NCBI GenBank assembly: GCA_019358935.1
Contig: JAHHIK010000058.1
Span: 1 to 52,592, forward strand
Direction: 5' to 3'
DNA: 52,592 bases
DNA from: Tolypothrix carrinoi HA7290-LM1
GTDB lineage: Bacteria > Cyanobacteriota > Cyanobacteriia > Cyanobacteriales > Nostocaceae
The translations under genes and the position numbers were made by a program. Under the pieces are notes generated by a model, which was not told the origin of the DNA, made no database searches, and saw nothing but the letters and a program-made list of their open reading frames with translations. Below, piece by piece: positions 35,525 through 43,300 of the stretch. Positions within the stretch are counted from its first letter, which is position 1. Every line of letters begins with the position of its first letter.

Positions 35525-36403
35525 TTATTCTGAGAATAAAGTATTCGGATCGATGCCTTGAGATTGCAAATAGGCAATAAGTTTTTCTTTCTGCTGACGT
35601 TCTTGTTCAGCGCGATCGCGTTCTTGTTCAGCACGTTGGCTTTCTTGTTCGGCACGTTGGCTTTCTTGTTCAGCACGTTGACGTTCTTGTTCAGCACGTT
35701 GGCTTTCTTGTTCAGCACGTTGACGTTCTTGTTCAGCGCGATCGCGTTCTTGTTCTACCCTTTCTACTGCCCACGGCAACAAATTACCTGACTCATCCCA
35801 CCAACGCAACCAGTAACCGGTTCTACCTTCTTTTGTTCCTTGCCAAGTCCCTAAAAATAACCTCATTGAATCAATCCAATGAAGTCCATCAGAATTAGGT
35901 TGCTGCAATTCATATCGTCCATTTTCGAGTTGGTAAAATTCTAATAATCCTCCATTGAAATCAAAAATTATGTAAATGGGAACTTTGAGAATTTGCTCGT
36001 AGAAAAACCATTTTCCAGGGGGATAAGTTCGTTTAACTGAATATTCTCCCCCATCGCTATCGGAAATAAATTCCATCACAATTGCGGGAATATCACCTTC
36101 TAAATTGGGTGTATAGCTTTTGCGTTCTCCTAAATTTTGATTAACAGTTGGAACATAAACCCAATCTGGTGCTTTAGCGATAAATTGCCCGTTTAAAGTA
36201 GCGCAAAGAGCAAAGTTTGACGCAATCAACATTTGAGGTTGAATAAATCCTGCAAGTTCTAAAATTTCACGCAAAGCACCAGCTAAAACTGGTTGTGATG
36301 TATTTTCCACAGGTTTATCCTCAAGTTGAAAATCTTCTGGTAAAGCTTCCCAAGAAATTACCAGTTCAGTCAAAGATTTTCCTTCACCGATTTGGGTTGC
36401 CAT
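35525..36403 (-). CDS. Uma2 family protein with (EQERQRA)n coiled-coil tail
   Basis: KAPDW, VMEFIS, GKWFFYEQIL, WLRWWD; 21-bp coding repeats at about 35590-35760. Confidence 0.92.
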   Translation of the reverse strand: MATQIGEGKSLTELVISWEALPEDFQLEDKPVENTSQPVLAGALREILELAGFIQPQMLIASNFALCATLNGQFIAKAPDWVYVPTVNQNLGERKSYTPNLEGDIPAIVMEFISDSDGGEYSVKRTYPPGKWFFYEQILKVPIYIIFDFNGGLLEFYQLENGRYELQQPNSDGLHWIDSMRLFLGTWQGTKEGRTGYWLRWWDESGNLLPWAVERVEQERDRAEQERQRAEQESQRAEQERQRAEQESQRAEQESQRAEQERDRAEQERQQKEKLIAYLQSQGIDPNTLFSE

Positions 36404-36462
36404 AAATGCTGCCTTTTGGTGGAATTGCTTTTATTTTATCGGGGTGAGGTTTTTACGGAAAT

Positions 36463-36585
36463 AGGACTGACGCACTCGTCACGTGAAAAACGAACCGCAG
36501 AGAAGCCAGCGCGTTGCGGGGGTTCCCCCCGTTGTAGCGACTGGCGCGACGCAGAGTTCACAGAGGAATGAGGAAGAGAGTCCTG
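36463..36585. mobile_element. Degenerate AGGACT(T/G)ACGCA MITE carrying a nested 43-nt hairpin repeat (36504-36546)
   Basis: Left part resembles the 22918 MITE (GTCACG..AAAAACGAACCGCAGAG); the right end is reduced to AGTCCT. Confidence 0.65.
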
Positions 36586-36764
36586 AGAGATAAGCTTTAA
36601 ATCTTTGCTTTTCGCGCTGACTACATTCTCCTCCTTATGAAACTTGACTATTTGCATCACTCATGCATTATATATAGATGTGGAATTCACAGAATCCAAG
36701 AGCGAAAATAGAAGACACAGGCTTTGCCAAAAAAGCCTCGCGTTAAAATTGGAGTCTGTAGAAA

Positions 36765-39734
36765 GTGGTATTACAAGTAGAAAAAAGCACTTACGAAGCG
36801 AAAACTCAAGAAATCGCCAAACAGCTTTTAGCAGCGACGCAAGAAAATCGCTCTTTCTTCGCTTCTCTGCGCGATCAAATGCGCTGGGATGATAAATTGC
36901 TAGCTTGGGCGATGAGCAATCCTGGATTGCGGGTGCAGCTATTTCGCTTTATCGATACTTTACCCGCTTTACACAGTAAAGCAGAAATCGCGGCGCATTT
37001 GCAAGAATATTTGGGAGATGAATCTGTAGAATTACCGGCTGCTCTTAAAGGGATGCTAAACTTTGCTAACCCTGATTCTATGCCGGGACAAGTTGCCGCG
37101 ACAACCGTAGGGACAGCGGTTGAAACTCTAGCGCATAAATATATTTCTGGGGAAAATATTAAACAAGTCATTAAAACGGTTGAGAAACTGCGTAAAGAAA
37201 AAATGGCTTTCACCATCGATTTGCTGGGTGAAGCGGTAATTACTGAAACTGAAGCGCAGTTTTATCTTGACCGTTATTTGGAATTGATGCAACAACTTGT
37301 AGAAGCATCTAAGAGTTGGAGTAAAGTTCCGGCAATTGATGAAGCTGATGTTGCAAAAGTCCAGGTTTCTGTAAAGTTAACCGCGTTTTATTCGCAATTT
37401 GACCCGTTAGATGCTAAAGGTAGTGAAGAGCGAGTAAGTTCGCGCATTCGTACTTTGTTACGTCGTGCGAAAGAGTTGGGTGCTGCTGTTCACTTTGATA
37501 TGGAACAGTACGCTTATAAAAACTTAACTTTTAGCATCTTGAAAAAAATCTTGCTGGAAGATGAGTTTAAGCAACGCACAGATATTGGGATGACAATTCA
37601 AGCGTATTTGCGTGACAGTGAGGAAGATGCGCGAAACTTGATAGCATGGGCGAAACAGCGCGGTTATCCGATTACAATTCGTTTGGTGAAGGGTGCGTAT
37701 TGGGATCAGGAAACTATCAAAGCTGCACAGAAACACTGGCAACAACCAGTTTACAACGATAAGGCGGCAACGGATGCGAATTTTGAAACGATAACGCAGT
37801 TGTTGCTGGAGAATCATGAATATGTGTATGCTGCTATTGGTAGTCATAATGTACGATCGCAAGCGAGAGCGATCGCTATAGCTGAAAGTTTAAATGTCCC
37901 CCGGCGTTGCTTTGAAATGCAAGTGCTGTACGGTATGGGTGATAAACTAGCTTCAGCGTTGGTTGATAGGGGTTATCGAGTTCGAGTTTACTGTCCTTAT
38001 GGGGAGTTGTTGCCAGGAATGGCGTATTTAATTCGCCGTTTGTTGGAGAATACCGCAAATAGTTCGTTTTTGCGGCAAAATATGGAAAATCGCCCGGTTG
38101 AGGAATTGATTGCTGCGCCTAATTTAGAATTGTCTCACGCAAAGGCGCAAAGGCGCAAAGAAGAGAAGGAGGGTTTTGCTGCTGATACGGATTATGCTCA
38201 GGAGGAGGCAATTAAGAAATCGCAAGCTGCTTTGCAAGATGTTCGTCAGCAGTTTGGGAAGACTTATTTACCTTTGGTGAATGGGGAGTATGTAGAAACT
38301 CAGGATGTTGTTGATTCTGTTAATCCGTCGAATTTTAGTGAGGTTGTGGGGAAAATTGGGCTTCTGAGTGTGGAACAAGCAGAAGAAGCGATGAAAGCTG
38401 CAAAATCTGCTTTTCCTGCTTGGCGGAAAACTCCAGTGAAAGAACGTGCGGGGATTTTGCGGAAAGCTGGGGATTTGATGGAACAACGCCGTGCTGAGTT
38501 TTCGGCTTGGATTGTTTTGGAAGTCGGTAAGCCTGTGCGGGAAGCGGATGCGGAGGTTTCTGAGGCGATAGATTTTTGTCGCTACTATGCGGATGAGATG
38601 GAACGTTTGGATGAAGGTGTTAATTATGACGTTGTTGGGGAAACGAATCGTTATATTTACCAGCCACGGGGAATTGCGGTGGTAATTTCTCCTTGGAATT
38701 TTCCTTTGGCGATCGCTTGCGGGATGACTGTTGCTGCTTTGGTTGCGGGTAATTGCACGCTTCTCAAACCGGCGGAAACTTCTTCTGTAATTGCTGCGAA
38801 GTTAACGGAGGTTTTGGTGGAAGCGGGAATACCTAAAGGTGTTTTTCAATACGTTCCGGGTAAGGGTTCGCAAGTTGGTGCTTATTTGGTGAATCATGTT
38901 GATACTCATGTCATCGCTTTTACAGGTTCGCAAGAAGTAGGTTGTCGAATTTACGCAGAAGCGGCAATTCTTAAACCCGGTCAAAAGCATATGAAGCGAG
39001 TGATTGCGGAGATGGGAGGTAAGAATGCAATTATTGTCGATGAAAGTGCTGATTTAGACGCGGCTGTTTTGGGGGTTGTGCAATCGGCGTTTGGTTACAG
39101 CGGACAAAAATGTTCTGCTTGTTCACGTGTAATTGTGGTTGAACCGATTTATAATACCTTTGTGGAGCGCTTTGTCGAAGCGACAAAATCGCTAAATATT
39201 GGCGAGGCTGAGTTACCAAGTACTCAAGTAGGACCTGTGATTGATGCTGCGGCACGCGATCGCATCCGGGAGTATATTGAAAAAGGACACGCTGAAGCAA
39301 AAGCGGCTTTGGAAATGTCAGCGCCTGATAATGGCTATTTTATCGGACCTGTGATTTTTAGTGAAGTATCGCCAGATTCGACAATTGCTCAACAAGAAAT
39401 TTTTGGTCCAGTTGTTGCGGTAATTCGCGTGAAGGATTTTGAAGAAGCGTTGGAAGTTGCGAATGGGACAAATTACGCTTTGACTGGAGGACTTTATTCA
39501 AGAACTCCTTCGCACATTGAACAAGCGCAGTCTGAGTTTGAAGTCGGGAATTTGTACGTTAATCGCAATATTACAGGTGCGATCGTTGCACGTCAACCGT
39601 TTGGTGGGTTTAAGCTTTCGGGGGTGGGTTCTAAGGCTGGAGGTCCCGATTACCTGTTACAATTCTTGGAACCGCGCACGATAACGGAAAATATTCAACG
39701 TCAAGGTTTTGCACCGATTGAAGGTGCAGATTAA
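36765..39734 (+). CDS. putA: Bifunctional proline dehydrogenase / glutamate-semialdehyde dehydrogenase
   Basis: IRLVKGAYWDQE, YLIRRLLEN, ISPWNFP, AFTGS, AEMGGKN, GQKCSACS. Confidence 0.97.
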   Translation: MVLQVEKSTYEAKTQEIAKQLLAATQENRSFFASLRDQMRWDDKLLAWAMSNPGLRVQLFRFIDTLPALHSKAEIAAHLQEYLGDESVELPAALKGMLNFANPDSMPGQVAATTVGTAVETLAHKYISGENIKQVIKTVEKLRKEKMAFTIDLLGEAVITETEAQFYLDRYLELMQQLVEASKSWSKVPAIDEADVAKVQVSVKLTAFYSQFDPLDAKGSEERVSSRIRTLLRRAKELGAAVHFDMEQYAYKNLTFSILKKILLEDEFKQRTDIGMTIQAYLRDSEEDARNLIAWAKQRGYPITIRLVKGAYWDQETIKAAQKHWQQPVYNDKAATDANFETITQLLLENHEYVYAAIGSHNVRSQARAIAIAESLNVPRRCFEMQVLYGMGDKLASALVDRGYRVRVYCPYGELLPGMAYLIRRLLENTANSSFLRQNMENRPVEELIAAPNLELSHAKAQRRKEEKEGFAADTDYAQEEAIKKSQAALQDVRQQFGKTYLPLVNGEYVETQDVVDSVNPSNFSEVVGKIGLLSVEQAEEAMKAAKSAFPAWRKTPVKERAGILRKAGDLMEQRRAEFSAWIVLEVGKPVREADAEVSEAIDFCRYYADEMERLDEGVNYDVVGETNRYIYQPRGIAVVISPWNFPLAIACGMTVAALVAGNCTLLKPAETSSVIAAKLTEVLVEAGIPKGVFQYVPGKGSQVGAYLVNHVDTHVIAFTGSQEVGCRIYAEAAILKPGQKHMKRVIAEMGGKNAIIVDESADLDAAVLGVVQSAFGYSGQKCSACSRVIVVEPIYNTFVERFVEATKSLNIGEAELPSTQVGPVIDAAARDRIREYIEKGHAEAKAALEMSAPDNGYFIGPVIFSEVSPDSTIAQQEIFGPVVAVIRVKDFEEALEVANGTNYALTGGLYSRTPSHIEQAQSEFEVGNLYVNRNITGAIVARQPFGGFKLSGVGSKAGGPDYLLQFLEPRTITENIQRQGFAPIEGAD

Positions 39735-39771
39735 TTTGGTTGGGGTGGGGTTTCCCCACCTTATTTTATAT

Positions 39772-39897
39772 CGAACCGCAGAGGAAGCAGCGAAAAGTCG
39801 AGCCAGTCGCTTGGGCGGGTTTCCCGACTTGGGCGAACTGGCGTTGAGCGGAGGTTTCCTCCGATCAGACCTTTTCAAGAGAGAGGGCGCAGAGAGT
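39772..39897. repeat. Nested small dispersed repeats
   Basis: An AACCGCAGAG...GCAGAG shell contains GAAAAG...CTTTTC, which in turn contains AGCCAG...CTGGCG (39801-39843). Confidence 0.7.
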
Positions 39898-39900
39898 TTG

Positions 39901-40335
39901 ATGAGTGATTTGGTTGTTAGGTTAGCGGATTTTCCGGAAGAGTTTTTGGAGATTAAGGCTATTAGAAAGGTCGTTTTTCAAGAGGAACAAGGGGTTGAAG
40001 AAGCTTTAGAGTTTGACGGTAAAGATGAAATATGCGACCATTTGATTGCTTTTTTGGATGATAAAGCTGTGGGAACGGCGAGGATAAGATATATAGATGA
40101 TAAAACTGTCAAAATAGAAAGGGTTGCTGTTTTATCTACAGCTAGAGGTCAAGGTATTGGTAAGAAAATTATAAATGAGGCGTTGTTAATTATAGCAAAC
40201 AAGAAGATTCCGGAAGTTGTGATTAACGCCCAAGAGTATATAAAAGGTTTATACTACAAGTTGGGTTTTGCCCAAGAGGGAGAAATATTTATAGAAGCGG
40301 GTATTCCCCATGTAAAAATGAGGAAAAAGTTGTAG
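39901..40335 (+). CDS. GNAT acetyltransferase (ElaA/YjcF-like)
   Basis: IRKVVFQEEQGV, VGTARI, RGQGIG, EAGIPHVKM; the upstream ORF extension is repeat DNA. Confidence 0.92.
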   Translation: MSDLVVRLADFPEEFLEIKAIRKVVFQEEQGVEEALEFDGKDEICDHLIAFLDDKAVGTARIRYIDDKTVKIERVAVLSTARGQGIGKKIINEALLIIANKKIPEVVINAQEYIKGLYYKLGFAQEGEIFIEAGIPHVKMRKKL

Positions 40336-40360
40336 AGACGTTCCGGTGGAACGTCTGTAC
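40332..40360. repeat. REP-like palindrome GTAGAGACGTTCCGGTGGAACGTCTGTAC
   Basis: Two further copies, inverted, at about 47504-47531 and 47544-47572. Confidence 0.75.
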
Positions 40361-40434
40361 GAAAGTTAGGATTTTATATGAATTTATAATTTATAATTCT
40401 TCACTTTTAACCGATCGCAGAAGCGAAGCGATTT

Positions 40435-43176
40435 ATGGCTGCCAAAAAAAAGCGAAATAAATATAATAGTCTACTGATTCTGGGGATAATTTGGCTGATA
40501 TCGGCTTTATGCGATCGCATTTGGTTTACACTAGATCGCTCAGTTCCAAGTTGGGATCAAGCAGATTACCTAACCGGCACGTTAAACTATTGGCGAGCGT
40601 TACAAAATCCTCAATGGTCAGATGCAGAATGGTGGCAGAGTTTTTGGCTACTATCTTCTAAAATACCGCCTTTAACTTACATTATTACAGCTATTGTTCA
40701 AAATATCTTTGGAAGGAGTGCAGATCAAGCTACTTTAGTAATGCTGTTATTTAGTGCGATTTTACTTTTGTCAGTTTATGGCTTGGGTAAAGTGCTATTT
40801 AACGAGTCTGTAGGTTTATGGGCAGCTGCATTATGTCAAATTTTACCAGGTCTTTATCGCCTGCGTTTAGAATTTCTCTTAGATTATCCTCTCGCATCTG
40901 TCGTTACCTTAAGTTTTTATTGCCTCACAGTTTGGAAAGTTAGGGGAGACAGGGAGACTTGGAGACAAGGAGGACAAGGAGGACAAGGAGGACAAGGAGG
41001 ACTCCTTGAAGACAAAGAGGAATTTGTTTCCCCATCTTCCCCATCTCCCTTGTCTCCCTTGTCTCCCTTGTCTCCCCCCTCTCCCCCTCCCCCCCTCCTC
41101 CCCTCCCTCTTCTGGGCAGCTGCTTTTGGTTTATCGTTGGGATTAGCTTTGTTAGTGAAGCAAACTGCGTTATTCTTTTTATTAACGCCGATCGCACACT
41201 TAGGATTTACAACGCTACGTCAACGACGCTGGAAACGTTTAGCACAGCTACTAGGTAGTTTATGCTTGTCTGTATTGGTGTTTGCTCCCTGGTATCGCAC
41301 CAATTGGTTAATTATCCTTACTTCTGGTAAAAGAGCAACATTAGATTCTGCTGTTGCTGAACATGAAGCACCTTTAAATACACTACAAGCTTGGACTTAT
41401 TATTGGCATCAATTACCAAATCAAGTTTCTTTACCTTTATTACTTGTACCTATATTTGCCTTACTACTCTATTGGGGACATGTTAGGGAAGAAAGACTAG
41501 GAGACAAGGAGACTTGGAGACAAGGAGGACAAGGAGGACTCTTTGGAGACAAAGAGGAATTTGTTTCTCCATCTCCCTTGTCTCCCTTGTCTCCCTTGTC
41601 TCCCTCATCTCCCCCCACTTCCTACTCCCTGAAATGGATCGCAATATTTTGGGTAGGAAGTTATCTACTATCATCCCTCAACCCGAATAAAGACGATCGC
41701 TATGTCTTACCCTATTTACCAGTCTTGTCATTATTCTTGGCTTATGGGTTAACTTGTTCTCGTCATCTTTGGGGAAAGCGTACCCGCTTTTATACTGTTG
41801 GTTTGGCAATAATTTTGATGTTATTCAATCTGTTTCCCGTGGGAGGTGTTTTGGGTAGTTGGATGACGCAAACTTTAAGTCCGCGATCGCAGTATTATCC
41901 TTATTTAGGAATTGAGTTACCACACCGACAAGTAATTGCCCAAATTATCCAAACTGAACCGTATCTGCGTTCTACGCTGGGAGTTTTGCCTTCTACCGCA
42001 GAAATTAACCAGCACAATTTAAATTATTATGGAGCGCTAGAGAACTTTCAAGTTTATGGACGACAGGTAGGAACAAGGAAAAAGTTTCTTGAACAAGATA
42101 GGCGATCGCTTTCTTGGTTTCTCACCAAAACCGGCAATCAAGGTTCAATTCCAGAAAACCAAGCTGCCATAGTCGAAGCTGTAGAAACATCACCAGATTT
42201 CGAGTTAAATAAGTCTTGGAAGTTAAGCGATCGCAGTCTTCTGAAACTTTATCATCAAAAGCTGCCACCAATAGAAGTCAAATCTCTATCGGCAATAACT
42301 CCCCCTCGGATTATTCTATCACGAGTCGCAGTTCCCAAAAAAGCGCCGCCAGGAATACCTGTACCTGTAACTTATGAGTGGTCTGGTTCCTCGCAAGAGT
42401 TACAACAAGGTTTGGTATTATTAACTTGGCGAAATATTAACAATCCAAAATCTAAAATCCAAAATCCAAAATGGATACATGACCACGGTATCGCAATGGG
42501 CAATTTGCATTCCACTTCAAATCAGCATTTATCAGTTATTGAAAGGATGGCGATGCTACCAAGTGCCGATACACCACCAGGAATTTACACCTTAGAAGCA
42601 ACTTATCTCAATCGAGTTTCTGGCGATAGTTATCCGCTGAAAGTGCCCAAAGTGACTTTGCAAATCGACCCCCTCGCCACCGCCACACCAGCACCGGAGT
42701 TAGATTTAGTAACGCAATTACGCATATTAGGAGCCAATTTATCCAAAGGTGCATCCGCACTAGGACAAATATTTGAGGAAGTAGGACGTATCAATCAATA
42801 CGACCCCAATCAGGATTATTTGGTACAAGGAAGATTAACTTTAGGATATAGATTAGAGCATATTGCCCAAAATCGTGATTGGGCGTATGCTTTAGCTTTA
42901 GCAAACGTATTGCAAAGAAGAGTGGATCAGGCGATCGCATCTTTAACTACAGTAACTCAGTTAGACGCAGAAAATCCCTACGCTTACGGTTATTTAGCAT
43001 TTGTCCATCTCTACAATTGGCAACCAGCAGCAGCGCAAAAATCCCTACAACCTGCTTTAGCTAAAAACCCCAACATCACTGAACTAAAAGGACTTTCAGC
43101 AGTTGCCTACCTCATGCAAGGAAACTTAATTAAAGCATGGCAGATTTATAGGGACTGGGGAATGGGGAATGGGTAA
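40435..43176 (+). CDS. GT39/ArnT-PMT-like membrane glycosyltransferase with C-terminal TPR
   Basis: PSWDQADY, KIPPLTY, LLDYPL, LVKQT, APWY, NKDDRY; multiple TMs; in-frame STRR inserts. Confidence 0.88.
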   Translation: MAAKKKRNKYNSLLILGIIWLISALCDRIWFTLDRSVPSWDQADYLTGTLNYWRALQNPQWSDAEWWQSFWLLSSKIPPLTYIITAIVQNIFGRSADQATLVMLLFSAILLLSVYGLGKVLFNESVGLWAAALCQILPGLYRLRLEFLLDYPLASVVTLSFYCLTVWKVRGDRETWRQGGQGGQGGQGGLLEDKEEFVSPSSPSPLSPLSPLSPPSPPPPLLPSLFWAAAFGLSLGLALLVKQTALFFLLTPIAHLGFTTLRQRRWKRLAQLLGSLCLSVLVFAPWYRTNWLIILTSGKRATLDSAVAEHEAPLNTLQAWTYYWHQLPNQVSLPLLLVPIFALLLYWGHVREERLGDKETWRQGGQGGLFGDKEEFVSPSPLSPLSPLSPSSPPTSYSLKWIAIFWVGSYLLSSLNPNKDDRYVLPYLPVLSLFLAYGLTCSRHLWGKRTRFYTVGLAIILMLFNLFPVGGVLGSWMTQTLSPRSQYYPYLGIELPHRQVIAQIIQTEPYLRSTLGVLPSTAEINQHNLNYYGALENFQVYGRQVGTRKKFLEQDRRSLSWFLTKTGNQGSIPENQAAIVEAVETSPDFELNKSWKLSDRSLLKLYHQKLPPIEVKSLSAITPPRIILSRVAVPKKAPPGIPVPVTYEWSGSSQELQQGLVLLTWRNINNPKSKIQNPKWIHDHGIAMGNLHSTSNQHLSVIERMAMLPSADTPPGIYTLEATYLNRVSGDSYPLKVPKVTLQIDPLATATPAPELDLVTQLRILGANLSKGASALGQIFEEVGRINQYDPNQDYLVQGRLTLGYRLEHIAQNRDWAYALALANVLQRRVDQAIASLTTVTQLDAENPYAYGYLAFVHLYNWQPAAAQKSLQPALAKNPNITELKGLSAVAYLMQGNLIKAWQIYRDWGMGNG

Positions 43177-43300
43177 TGGAAAATGGGTAATGGGGAATGG
43201 GTAATGGGTAATGGAAAATGGGTAACGACCAATTCGCAATTCCCAATTCGCAATTCGCAATTCCCAATTCCCAATTCCCAATTACCCATTACCCATTACC
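43155..43300. repeat. Inverted STRR arms overlapping two convergent stop codons
   Basis: GGGTAAT/GGGGAAT arm and AATTCCC/ATTACCC arm; both ORFs end in GNG*. Confidence 0.8.

Noticed and set aside
35590..35760. A third novel 21-bp array
   Set aside because: It is the common (EQERQRA)n coding tail of cyanobacterial Uma2 proteins.
36875..39300. Antisense ORFs inside putA and other long genes
   Set aside because: Shadow ORFs with no motifs, overlapping well-supported genes.
39709..39900. Long N-terminal extension of the GNAT ORF (likewise for bioB, the MFS gene and the last Uma2)
   Set aside because: The extensions run through repeat DNA; family-like sequence starts at the downstream ATG.
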